From: a virus
Taxonomy: Duplodnaviria > Heunggongvirae > Uroviricota > Caudoviricetes
Length of the DNA stretch: 26,013 nucleotides
Strand: one strand, 5' to 3'
Virus record (IMG/VR): IMGVR_UViG_2671180460_000013
Below the pieces are notes generated by a model. The model was given only the letters and a program-made list of their open reading frames with translations. It did no database searches and was not told the DNA's origin. Position 1 is the first letter of the stretch. Each line of letters opens with the position of its first letter. Positions 8,407 through 16,757 of this stretch are shown here, piece by piece. The position numbers and the translations under genes were made by a program.

Positions 8407-9038
8407 GCTTTGTCTGCCTGTAATGTGTAATGCTCCACGGACAGGCCGTAATGTCCTGCCTGTAGCGAAGCGGTTAACCAGATGGTGTCCTTTCTCACCG
8501 TTGCTTCTGCTGTGTGATACCTGTAATGACCATCGAATGTGCCGGCTGTCAGCCGGGCGGTGGTTGTATTGATTACCTGAAAGAAATAGCGCCTGCAGGT
8601 ACGGCCATACTGGCGCACGAGCTGCATCATCAGGGCATTGTTTTCGCTTAACTGGGTGTCATTGATACGCAGTAAAATAACGTCCCAGTCATGCTGCAGC
8701 TGTCGTTCCAGGGTTTTTACCTCTCCCACCCCAAGACGCTTAAAGATGCGTTCGAAGCCTGCGCGTTCGCCCGAGTCCTGAGCGTTGATAAACGCGTGTT
8801 TTACCCTTAAGCGAAATAATGAAACTGGCTCCCCACTGAAGCGGGTGATGTTGCGCTGATAGGCAAGCAGGTTAAGCAGAGGCTCTGCGCAGGTATCAAC
8901 ATCAATTTGCTGTAGTGGCCATGTCAGCCAGCTGTAGACCTTCTCCCAGTAACGACGTGAAGAATGTGCCAGTGTTAATGGCTCTCCCTTGTTCATCCAG
9001 GTTGGGAGAGGGAATTCGGGCATCTCCGGAATATTCAT
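8403..9038 (-). CDS. baseplate protein, P2 gpI-like (tail protein I family)
   Basis: Start moved to the internal ATG at 9036-9038 (GGAGG RBS, ATGA overlap with the J-like stop). Position between the J-like gene and the tail fiber matches the P2 J-I-H order. Sequence similarity is weak. Confidence 0.55.
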   Translation of the reverse strand: MNIPEMPEFPLPTWMNKGEPLTLAHSSRRYWEKVYSWLTWPLQQIDVDTCAEPLLNLLAYQRNITRFSGEPVSLFRLRVKHAFINAQDSGERAGFERIFKRLGVGEVKTLERQLQHDWDVILLRINDTQLSENNALMMQLVRQYGRTCRRYFFQVINTTTARLTAGTFDGHYRYHTAEATVRKDTIWLTASLQAGHYGLSVEHYTLQADKA

Positions 9039-10219
9039 GACCCCACCTCCACGATAAGGGATTCCAGGCGAGGCACAGCCAGGTCGCTGAGAATATCCGG
9101 AAGGGAAAACGTGACCGATTCCACCTGTGGAAATACCTGGTGGATCTCTTCGCCCAGTCGGGACATGCTGAAACGGCTGTACGGCCATGTTTTCTGAACG
9201 TCATAATCGCTGTTTTCGCGAAACGCACAGCGGACCAGATTCTCTACGTTGCGTAATAAAGCCTGTATCTCTTCAGCGTTGAGGTTCAGCGTTGCATACA
9301 GCCAGAGTGTCACGGTCAGGGCATGGCGCGTTTCAGGCATGGAAAAACAACGCAAATCATCGCCGTGTCCGTGATGACCTTCATCGTTAATAAATGCGTT
9401 TACTGCATCAACGAACGGTTCGGATGCGATGCCGGTATCCAGCAGAATGTAAGCATTTGCTGTGCCGGGGCCGCGTGGTGCGTCATGCAAAAAATAGATG
9501 CGGTCGGCACTGATACCTGCAACGCCGGCAATTAATCCCCGGTAAACAGCATCTGTGTGATAAGCGCCGGCAAGATTAAACTGATTGCGAACACGATCAC
9601 GCAGCTCGTCATCGCTTTCTTCGTTGGCACCCGGTGTGGTCAGCCAGTTTTCATCGTTCTCAACGCCGGCAATACCATCAATCGCCACCGGAAGGATGCG
9701 GTAATATCCCGGCGCAAGGTTAAAGCCGGCTCCGGCCTGTTCCGCAGAAACATCGATGTTCATGCTGAGTGTTCCTGCCGGAATAACGGTATCCCTGACA
9801 ACGGTCAGCGTATAAATCACGCCGTTAATGCGTTCTGTCTGAATCTGCGTACCGGCCGGCACGGTAACTGTGCGATCAATGTCGTTTTTGGTGAAACGAA
9901 TCACGCCGGCTGCGTGCGTGGCGGCCTTGCGTTGCAGGTTTACCGCCCAGGCAAAAACATCAACGAATACACCGCTGGCATCAGCCAGAAACAGGTTTTT
10001 CATCACCACATTAACCAGCGCATCTTTCAGCCACATCACGGGCTTTGTGGTGATGGCTGTAATCAGTCGCCAGAACGGCGACATGCGGGATGTGTTGGTA
10101 ATAAGCCCTTCGTCTTTGACAATGGCTTCAAATTCAGCGCGCGCCTGTTCTTCGGTTACCGGCATGCCATTATCAGCCAGAATGCGCTCGTAATCTGCGG
10201 TAGGTTTGCCGTTAATCAT
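9035..10219 (-). CDS. baseplate wedge protein, Baseplate_J family (P2 gpJ / T4 gp6-like)
   Basis: About 394 aa; ESDDELRDRV region resembles recalled P2 gpJ. ORF-track start at 10222 is TTG; the adjacent ATG at 10217-10219 is used. Confidence 0.65.
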   Translation of the reverse strand: MINGKPTADYERILADNGMPVTEEQARAEFEAIVKDEGLITNTSRMSPFWRLITAITTKPVMWLKDALVNVVMKNLFLADASGVFVDVFAWAVNLQRKAATHAAGVIRFTKNDIDRTVTVPAGTQIQTERINGVIYTLTVVRDTVIPAGTLSMNIDVSAEQAGAGFNLAPGYYRILPVAIDGIAGVENDENWLTTPGANEESDDELRDRVRNQFNLAGAYHTDAVYRGLIAGVAGISADRIYFLHDAPRGPGTANAYILLDTGIASEPFVDAVNAFINDEGHHGHGDDLRCFSMPETRHALTVTLWLYATLNLNAEEIQALLRNVENLVRCAFRENSDYDVQKTWPYSRFSMSRLGEEIHQVFPQVESVTFSLPDILSDLAVPRLESLIVEVGS

Positions 10220-10562
10220 CAAGAGATACCGTAAAAGTCAGGTGGTCAAAAAAATCTTCGGTGTGGGCGCTAATCAGCAGGCGACCAGAAAGCGGGGTTT
10301 CTTCTGTCACACTGACCGTGCCAGGTGTGATGCGCTCATCATCTTCAATCAGTAGTGTCATCTGCATTATGAGGTCGGCACGAAGCGTCGGGCTTTTTTC
10401 AGCCAGCAGGCGCGTTGCCAGTCCGCTCTCAATGATGGCGTGCTGGCAGTCCTGGGCAATACTTTCCCTGTTGTTGCATAACACCGGCTCACTGGCGCTG
10501 TTCAGCGTGAGATTGCGACCGGTGATAAGCAAATCAATGTAAAGCGGTTTATCAGTATGCAT
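10212..10562 (-). CDS. small baseplate protein, tentatively GPW / gp25-like
   Basis: Internal ATG at 10560-10562 with GGAG RBS gives 116 aa, overlapping the tape-measure stop. Size and position match P2 gpW; motif match is loose. Confidence 0.45.
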   Translation of the reverse strand: MHTDKPLYIDLLITGRNLTLNSASEPVLCNNRESIAQDCQHAIIESGLATRLLAEKSPTLRADLIMQMTLLIEDDERITPGTVSVTEETPLSGRLLISAHTEDFFDHLTFTVSLDD

Positions 10563-12648
10563 GTAGCTCCATCCACTCGTTGAGACGGGCAGGAGATGGA
10601 TCCTGCACGTTGACGTTGACCACACGACGGGAGTTATCGATTGTGGTCTGGTTTTCGTTGTTGTTCTGCATCTCTGCCGCAATGCCACCCGGCCCCGCGC
10701 TGATGGCTTTACCACCGGTTAATACGGAGCCTTCGCCACTTCCTGTGCTTTCTGATGTGCCGATGTTAACGCCGGGGATCATGTTGAGTTTGTCCACAAT
10801 CCAGCCCCATGAATCACTGAAGGACTGTTTCACCAGTTCCCAGAGGTTACTGAAAATGTTCAGGATGCCGCCGGCGATATCCTTCAGGGCGTCCAGAGGT
10901 GAATGCGTGGAAAAATAGTTAACCAGTGCATTCCAGCCGTCCTGGATTGTGTTCCATGCATTGCCGAACCATGCCCCCATACTGCCGACCATTTCAGCCA
11001 CCCACTGAAAGGCGGCGGTGTCCATCAGTGCGGCTTTGATTTCATCCCAACGGGTGATCAGGAAATAAATGCCCACACCCAGCGCAGCCAGTGCCAGGAT
11101 GATTAATGTGATGGGGCTGAAAAGTAACTGTGTTGCAATTGCAGCTCCGCTGGTGACTGCGGTGTAGATTTTCATTGCTATGCCGGCGGCACCCAGCGCA
11201 ACAGAATAAAGCCAGAGTCCGGCGCGCTGTAATTTCAGCAGCGCCAGCTGAATTTTTGCTTTGACGTTGTATGTTCCCATAGCAATGGACATGGCCAGAT
11301 ACAGCGCCCTGACCGTTCGGGCAACTACAGTGAATGCCCACATGGTAGCCGTCAGTGTGCGTTTCAGCAGAATGAGAATCTTCAGAGGTGTAACTGCTGC
11401 CAGCCAGACCAGCCGCAGTCCTGTCCAGACAAACTTCGCCACACCCACCATAATGTTGACAACGGCACCCACTGCGGCAATGCCCAGCAGGGCGGCAGAC
11501 AGTAAACCAATAGCCCGTGTGATATTGGGATACAGACGTAACCAGGCAACAAAGGATTTACCGCCTTCGTTGCTTTTCTGGATAAACGGGTACAGAACAG
11601 GCAGCAACTGCGTGCCGATTTCGATGCGAATGCCGTTAATAATTGCGGCGGCCTGTTCCCATGGATCAGCCATGGCCTGCGCCATTTCGACAGCCTTATC
11701 CATCCCTTTGATATTGCCCAGCGTGGCGATATTCTTTTCAAGTCCGCCAATGTCCGCATTGAGTAATTTAATCATGGCCACAGCTTCATCGGAGCCAAAG
11801 GCGCTTTTCAGCAAATCGGAATCAGCCACTTTTGACAGATCACCAAATTTGCCCCTGATAAGTTTCATGATCTCGACAACACTTTTCATCGTGCCGTTTT
11901 TATTCACGAAATTAAGCCCCAGCTTTTTCTGGGCGCTGCCTACTGCGGCAAGAAATGCCTTGTACTTTGTCCCGGCCTCGCTGCCACTCATGGTGGCCTG
12001 CAGTTGTCCCAGCACGGCGAACTGTTCAGCCGCATCAATACCGGCCGCTTTTGCACTGGCACCCAGCGTGGTGAACGCCGCTGACATGTTATCGCCGGTT
12101 GTTTTAAACATTTGCACGGCGGTGGCGGTTTGCCCGGCGACCTGCTCCACCCATTTGCTTTTTCCCATGGCATCAGCCTGGTCTTTAAAGATGCCGTACA
12201 TGGTGCCCATGTAGGCGGTAATGGTCTGGCTGCTGGATTTGGTTGCTGCTGCCACCGTTGCTGATGCGGTGGTGAAGCGGGACAGCTCATCGTCAGTTAA
12301 CCCGGCAATGGCTGACTGGATGTCGTAAGAAGCACGCACAAAATCCTGCGCAGCCCCGCCGTATTCCATAGTGAAATCAACGGCGGCGCGGCTGAGTTTA
12401 CGCAATCCGGACTCTGCGACGCCCAGTGATTTCACCTCACCGAGCGCCCTGTCCATTTCAATGGCTGGCATCAGTGCCCCCTGAATGGCTGCACCCACTC
12501 CCCAGAGCGCAGCGCCTCCGGTAGCAATGTCCCGAAAGGCTCCCCGACTTGTTGCAGCAAATCCCTGAACCTGTCGCCCGGCTGCACGCAACGGCCTTGT
12601 CAGGCGGTCTGTCAGTTCAAGAAGTAATTCAAGGCGCTGTTGTGACAT
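10552..12648 (-). CDS. tail tape measure protein
   Basis: 698 aa, Ala/Gly-rich with a long hydrophobic central segment. Directly follows the frameshifted tail chaperone pair; its ATG overlaps the stop of the frameshift product. Confidence 0.8.
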   Translation of the reverse strand: MSQQRLELLLELTDRLTRPLRAAGRQVQGFAATSRGAFRDIATGGAALWGVGAAIQGALMPAIEMDRALGEVKSLGVAESGLRKLSRAAVDFTMEYGGAAQDFVRASYDIQSAIAGLTDDELSRFTTASATVAAATKSSSQTITAYMGTMYGIFKDQADAMGKSKWVEQVAGQTATAVQMFKTTGDNMSAAFTTLGASAKAAGIDAAEQFAVLGQLQATMSGSEAGTKYKAFLAAVGSAQKKLGLNFVNKNGTMKSVVEIMKLIRGKFGDLSKVADSDLLKSAFGSDEAVAMIKLLNADIGGLEKNIATLGNIKGMDKAVEMAQAMADPWEQAAAIINGIRIEIGTQLLPVLYPFIQKSNEGGKSFVAWLRLYPNITRAIGLLSAALLGIAAVGAVVNIMVGVAKFVWTGLRLVWLAAVTPLKILILLKRTLTATMWAFTVVARTVRALYLAMSIAMGTYNVKAKIQLALLKLQRAGLWLYSVALGAAGIAMKIYTAVTSGAAIATQLLFSPITLIILALAALGVGIYFLITRWDEIKAALMDTAAFQWVAEMVGSMGAWFGNAWNTIQDGWNALVNYFSTHSPLDALKDIAGGILNIFSNLWELVKQSFSDSWGWIVDKLNMIPGVNIGTSESTGSGEGSVLTGGKAISAGPGGIAAEMQNNNENQTTIDNSRRVVNVNVQDPSPARLNEWMELHAY

Positions 12649-13129
12649 TACGATCCCTTAAAAGCACGGATAATGCCGTTATTGACGGCGATGCTCATAT
12701 TTTCCCAGTAGTGGTTATCCAGCCAGACGGCGGCAGCCAGTGACTGCGGCGAGTCATCCTCGCCGGGCAGCCAGTGGCGGCGCAGAATCAGCATCCGGGT
12801 AAGGTCATTGCGATCAATGGCCCCCAGATGGCTTTTTATTTTTTTACGGTGATTTCCACTTCCGGCACAAACTCGTTATTCACGGCTGTTGCCAGGCTGG
12901 CCGGCATTCCTGGTTTTTCCAGCAACTGGTTCAGCAGATCGCGGTGCTCTTTAATCACGATACGGCGCAGGTAGTTTTTCAGCGGCGCGATTTTGTTATC
13001 CGGCATGAAGTCGTTCTGCAGGTCGTTGTAGGCTTTTACGGTCGGGATAAACGTCAGTTCATGCTCGCCGACCTGTAAAGTGATGGTGTTCTCTGCGGTA
13101 GTCTGGGTGTTTTTATCGTTCATCATCAT
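12648..13129 (-). CDS. tail assembly chaperone frameshift fusion product (E+E' / G-T analogue) made by a programmed -1 frameshift
   Basis: The -1 frame entered at the slippery site stays open for 63 codons (hand-translated, no stops) and ends at a TAA overlapping the tape-measure ATG (TAATG at 12646-12650). Confidence 0.6.
12836..13129 (-). CDS. tail assembly chaperone (P2 gpE / lambda gpG analogue)
   Basis: 97-aa ORF directly upstream of the tape measure gene, ending ...VKK-TAA on an A-rich slippery run. Three consecutive ATGs at 13121-13129; the third has the best RBS spacing. Confidence 0.7.
   Translation of the reverse strand: MMMNDKNTQTTAENTITLQVGEHELTFIPTVKAYNDLQNDFMPDNKIAPLKNYLRRIVIKEHRDLLNQLLEKPGMPASLATAVNNEFVPEVEITVKK
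12839..12845 (-). other. slippery heptamer A AAA AAA for the -1 ribosomal frameshift
   Basis: Transcript reads ACC GTA AAA AAA TAA; the X XXY YYZ heptamer sits at the last sense codons of the chaperone gene. Confidence 0.6.
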
Positions 13130-13155
13130 TTCCTTTTAAAGTCAAGAATAAGAGG

Positions 13156-13187
13156 GCTTAATAAGCCTGCAGGAAGGCTTATTAAGC
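13156..13187 (-). terminator. stem-loop (12-bp perfect inverted repeat) between the endolysin and the tail chaperone; candidate attenuator or partial terminator
   Basis: GCTTAATAAGCC, 8-nt loop, GGCTTATTAAGC, 7 nt after the endolysin stop. Followed on the transcript by a moderately U-rich tract (CCUCUUAUUCUU). Confidence 0.4.
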
Positions 13188-13193
13188 GTAAAA

Positions 13194-13535
13194 TCAGCGC
13201 ACGCCGTCGTGCTCAAGGCTGAAATGATTGCCATCCGGGCGGTTTTTAAAACGACCGCCCCATGCGCCACCAAGGGATTCCCAGTACTCGCCCAGCTCGC
13301 GGTAGGCCTCTGTGCGGGTCTGATATTCACCGTTAATAAACAGATTAAAATCCACGGCCAGCCGCTGGCAGTGCAGGCTGTTGGCAATGCCGGATCCCTT
13401 TTGTGCGTTGAGTTTTGCCTGTTCTGGCGTGCGGTACGCCTCACCGAACGTCAGGCCATAACCGCGCTGATGGGCAAACTGGATGAGTTTTCCGATCATG
13501 ACGGTAAATTGTTGTTGCTTATCGGAGAGTTTCAT
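13194..13535 (-). CDS. endolysin, M15-family zinc peptidase (L-alanyl-D-glutamate peptidase type)
   Basis: 113 aa. HCQRLAVD (H-x6-D) and C-terminal GNHFSLEH fit the M15 zinc-binding arrangement. AAGGAG RBS. Adjacent to the holin. Confidence 0.75.
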   Translation of the reverse strand: MKLSDKQQQFTVMIGKLIQFAHQRGYGLTFGEAYRTPEQAKLNAQKGSGIANSLHCQRLAVDFNLFINGEYQTRTEAYRELGEYWESLGGAWGGRFKNRPDGNHFSLEHDGVR

Positions 13536-13639
13536 TTTTGCTCCTTATGAGGTTGCTGAGGTTTGCGCAGCCAGTACCACAGTGCCCGGATAATTTTCCA
13601 GGCAATGGCGGCAGCTTTTTGTTCCCTGCGGGACAGCAT
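13532..13639 (-). CDS. small cationic amphipathic ORF (35 aa, MLSRREQKAAAIAWKIIRALWYWLRKPQQPHKEQK) between holin and endolysin
   Basis: Hand-translated; below the ORF-track size cutoff. ATG at 13637-13639 with GAGGAG RBS inside the holin 3' end. Its TGA overlaps the endolysin ATG (ATGA). Confidence 0.4.
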   Translation of the reverse strand: MLSRREQKAAAIAWKIIRALWYWLRKPQQPHKEQK

Positions 13640-13644
13640 TGCTG

Positions 13645-13941
13645 TTACTCCTCTTTGTTCTCTTTCTCGCCCAGCTTCCGGCGCATATGACGCAGGAAGA
13701 TTTCAACAATCTGGTAACCGGCAACGCCCATTGCGGTGCCTGCGCCGGCAATGGCCAGTGGGTCAAGGTTCGGGTAGCGAACCAGCAGGGCAGCGGCAGA
13801 AACACCCAGCGCGCTCCCCAGCAGGGTTCGGCCCACAAACAACCGCAACGTAATCGGCTCTGCGCCAGCCAGCACCCGACTTGCGGCAGCGATTCCGCCC
13901 AGAATGCCCAGAGTGATAATGGTGCGCTCATGCTCCTGCAT
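13645..13941 (-). CDS. holin (three predicted transmembrane segments, charged C-terminal tail)
   Basis: 98 aa with three hydrophobic stretches and a C-terminal RHMRRKLGEKENKEE. Directly upstream of the endolysin. GGGGTG RBS. Confidence 0.65.
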   Translation of the reverse strand: MQEHERTIITLGILGGIAAASRVLAGAEPITLRLFVGRTLLGSALGVSAAALLVRYPNLDPLAIAGAGTAMGVAGYQIVEIFLRHMRRKLGEKENKEE

Positions 13942-13944
13942 GGT

Positions 13945-14400
13945 TCACCCCATCAGTCCGCGCACGTCGTTCTCTGAGAGAACGGGCACGCCGTTGATAC
14001 GCACAAAGTCAGGGCTTGCCACCACGTACTTGATTTTGTGCGTGGTCAGATCTGCGCTCTCGGTGTCAATGCTTAACAGGCCGGAAAGCATCAGCTCACA
14101 ACCGAAGGCTTCAACGCGGATTTCTTCGGTTCCCGTATTGGCGTAAAACACAAAATCCATTGGCGGCAGGTCACGCCACGATCCCGCCTGAGCAGCCACT
14201 TCCCCGAGCTGGTTAAAGCTGCGGGTACTCATTTCGATTTCACCTTCGGCACTGACAGGGCCGCGCAGTTTGCCGTCAGGGATGCCACGGGTTTTGGCAA
14301 CGGCGCTTTCATCGCTGATGTCCAGTGAGATGCTTTTCACATGGATATCCGTTCCACCGATAAAAGTGTCAAACGCCATGCCGTTAATGCGGGTCGTCAT
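13945..14400 (-). CDS. tail tube protein (putative)
   Basis: 151 aa, immediately downstream of the sheath gene with an ATGA overlap. Assignment is by position and size, not motif. Confidence 0.6.
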   Translation of the reverse strand: MTTRINGMAFDTFIGGTDIHVKSISLDISDESAVAKTRGIPDGKLRGPVSAEGEIEMSTRSFNQLGEVAAQAGSWRDLPPMDFVFYANTGTEEIRVEAFGCELMLSGLLSIDTESADLTTHKIKYVVASPDFVRINGVPVLSENDVRGLMG

Positions 14401-15545
14401 GCGTTTTCCTCCAGAGATTTATCCAGCTGAATGCCCACTTTGATGGTTTTAGGGCAGGCGTAAGGGCGGACAACAATGCTGATGCTGACCGTCTTTTCGT
14501 CCTGCCAGGTGATAACCACGTCGCCTTTCCGGGGCGATTTCACTTCGCCCGGAAACGTGATGCCGTTAATTTGCATGGATTTCGCCATGGCACGCAGTGG
14601 GCGGGCAAACAGCGTTTCATGTGCGGCAATGCTGCCCGGCGTGCTGTTCAGCGAGCGGTCGGCAATCTTGGGGATGGCCATCAGCCGCACGCGGCGCGCC
14701 ACCTTATCAGCAATGCGGACATGCTCAATGACGTTGTAGTCCCCGCCTTCCACCTCAAGTGTTACACCGTCAGCCCAGTAAAGGCCGTCATAGTCGGCAT
14801 ACCACATGGGCACGCTGTAGCGGGCGGTTGCCAGTGCCTGCAGAGTGTCGAGATCAATTGCCTGCCCAGTGCTGTCTTTCGGGCGTTCTGTGGTTTTCAG
14901 TGCGGACAGGGGCCCGGTTGCCACACGTGCCGGACTGTCAGCAATGGTGACGGCGCTGTTACACAGGCGACCGGCAAGAACGCCCGGTTCAAATCCAAAA
15001 ATCTCCGGAACCAGCATGACCTGCGGGGCTGCAATGCCTTTCTGTAGTGCGGTCAGTTCGGCAACGTATTCCGCCCAGGTTTTACTGTTGTCGTTGGCGG
15101 CGATGGTCAGGATGAACCAGATGCGGCGCTGATATTTATTGATGATGGTCTGACGTAACGCCTGTATGGCGTTGATGTCATCCTTCGTGCTGACCGGCTC
15201 GGTGATCACCACGCCTTCAACTGAAACAGTTTCCTGAGCCGCCAGTATGGCGTTCTGCCATACCTGGCAGGCTGGCGTTGCTTCTTTGCCTTTGCCGGCT
15301 TCCGGCAGAACGGCAACATAGAAAAAGGCATTCTGTCCGGCATTGGTCAGTGCAGACTGAAGGAAGTTCTTCAGCGGGCTGGCGTTCTTTCCCAGTAGCT
15401 CATCCAGATCGCTGTTGGCATTAACCGGCAGAACCTCACCTTTGTTGTTTTGTGCATTGCCCACAAACAGCAGCGTATTTTCCACGCCGTCCGGTGAACT
15501 GCTGAATGTGTTGTACTGTTCAATCGTGACAGATGGCCATGTCAT
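14397..15545 (-). CDS. tail sheath protein (putative)
   Basis: Internal ATG at 15543-15545 with AGGAGA RBS gives 382 aa (MTWPSVTIEQY...). Position between tail-completion genes and tube. Not P2 FI-like in sequence. Confidence 0.6.
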   Translation of the reverse strand: MTWPSVTIEQYNTFSSSPDGVENTLLFVGNAQNNKGEVLPVNANSDLDELLGKNASPLKNFLQSALTNAGQNAFFYVAVLPEAGKGKEATPACQVWQNAILAAQETVSVEGVVITEPVSTKDDINAIQALRQTIINKYQRRIWFILTIAANDNSKTWAEYVAELTALQKGIAAPQVMLVPEIFGFEPGVLAGRLCNSAVTIADSPARVATGPLSALKTTERPKDSTGQAIDLDTLQALATARYSVPMWYADYDGLYWADGVTLEVEGGDYNVIEHVRIADKVARRVRLMAIPKIADRSLNSTPGSIAAHETLFARPLRAMAKSMQINGITFPGEVKSPRKGDVVITWQDEKTVSISIVVRPYACPKTIKVGIQLDKSLEENA

Positions 15546-15564
15546 GGTTTGTCTCCTGATTTTG

Positions 15565-16278
15565 TTATCTCGTGCCGCCGTAATGCAGGCTGCGCAGCTG
15601 CGCTTCCAGAATGCGGGCAAATTCAGCATCGCTGGCTCCCAGAAATGCGCGGGAGGGGATTTTGATTTCCCATACACGTTTTTTCTGCTCGCCTTTCAGA
15701 ATGCTGATCACCAGTCCGGCCTGCGCCATACTCATGTTTTCCATAATCCATTTCAGAGAAGGCTTTCTGCGTCCCCTGCGTCCGGTTTTTTTGCTGACTG
15801 CGCCGACGGGGGCGCGAAAGCCCAGAGAAAGAAGGCGTTCTGCCTGCCGTCGTGTGGCGGGACGGGTGCGCATGGCTTCGCTGTCCCGGCGTTTTGTGGC
15901 GCGGCCTTTGATGGTTGCGCCGTGCTGTTGCACCCACGCGACCGCCCCACCATGAGAGCCGGTGTTGTAATCCCCTTTTTTGAAGAAAAGGCGGACACTT
16001 TTCCCGCTGCCGTCAACCCTGATGGCCAGCAGTTTCGGCAGTCCCAGCAGCATTTTGTTTTTATACCTGCCGCTGGCTTTATCCGGTCTTTTTCGTGGTG
16101 CCCAGGCTGCCCCCTCCGGTGTTCGCTGTGCTTTCACATTGCGTCGTGCAGCCGGTATCAGGCCGTATTTCGCAATGCGAACCAGCAGCTTTCTGGCCTT
16201 TGCCGGCGGAAGTTCTGCCTCTCTGATGGCGCGACGAACCAGCCGGAGTTGTGACTCGTTAATCACGGGGCGCGTCAT
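15565..16278 (-). CDS. virion morphogenesis / tail completion protein (P2 gpS / Mu G family) with a C-terminal extension
   Basis: 237 aa. Region RRNVKAQRTPEGAAWAPRKRP matches the recalled hallmark of this family. ATGA overlap with the upstream R-like gene. Confidence 0.65.
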   Translation of the reverse strand: MTRPVINESQLRLVRRAIREAELPPAKARKLLVRIAKYGLIPAARRNVKAQRTPEGAAWAPRKRPDKASGRYKNKMLLGLPKLLAIRVDGSGKSVRLFFKKGDYNTGSHGGAVAWVQQHGATIKGRATKRRDSEAMRTRPATRRQAERLLSLGFRAPVGAVSKKTGRRGRRKPSLKWIMENMSMAQAGLVISILKGEQKKRVWEIKIPSRAFLGASDAEFARILEAQLRSLHYGGTR

Positions 16279-16748
16279 GGCATCACCTGGCAGTGAAGCT
16301 GATGCGCCTGAGCCACCCAGATTTCAGGCTTTTCCAGCTGGTAACGTTTCCCGCCTCTGGGGATGGGGCCGTTTTCGTCCTCAACCAGGGTGATGGGATC
16401 AACCAGCGGCAGACTGATTTCCAGCCATGCCACTTCATTTTCATCATCCACTTCGACGTCAACGGCTGGCGCATCCGGTGCCAGGCGCTGGCGCAGGTCG
16501 CCGCCGTTGTCTGCCAGCCAGGCTTCAACCAGAGAAAACACCAAATCCGGATTGAGCTGACGATAGGGCCATGCGTCCCATCGCAGAAAAGCCGTATATT
16601 TTCGGACCTGCGTACATAACTGCCCGTGCCCCAGCGACTTCGTAAACGGAACGAGCGTGATGTCATCCATGTCACTGGTGAACGGAATGCGTGCGCGTGC
16701 CGGCAGATTGTTTTCAATGAATGCCGTCAGGCTGGCGAGTTGCGTCAT
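16275..16748 (-). CDS. tail completion protein, P2 gpR-like
   Basis: 157 aa. LVFSLVEAWLADNGGDL...LEISLPLV resembles recalled P2 gpR. AAGGAA RBS. Follows gene L by 9 nt. Confidence 0.6.
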   Translation of the reverse strand: MTQLASLTAFIENNLPARARIPFTSDMDDITLVPFTKSLGHGQLCTQVRKYTAFLRWDAWPYRQLNPDLVFSLVEAWLADNGGDLRQRLAPDAPAVDVEVDDENEVAWLEISLPLVDPITLVEDENGPIPRGGKRYQLEKPEIWVAQAHQLHCQVMP

Positions 16749-16757
16749 ACCATTTCC

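Noticed and set aside
7528-8430. 300-aa plus-strand ORF antisense to tail fiber 1 and the gpI-like gene
   Set aside because: Lies entirely within well-supported minus-strand genes, has no RBS or recognisable motif, and a Cys/Arg-rich composition typical of antisense frames in GC-rich DNA.
11261-12214. 317-aa plus-strand ORF antisense to the tape measure gene
   Set aside because: Antisense to a confidently assigned gene; low-complexity Ala/Ser-rich translation mirrors the Ala-rich tape measure codons.
13545-13931. 128-aa minus-strand ORF overlapping the holin in another frame
   Set aside because: Cys/Trp-rich out-of-frame translation of the holin region; the holin frame has the RBS and transmembrane pattern.
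15415-16254. 279-aa plus-strand ORF antisense to the sheath and gpS-like genes
   Set aside because: Antisense to two coupled structural genes, no RBS, no motif.
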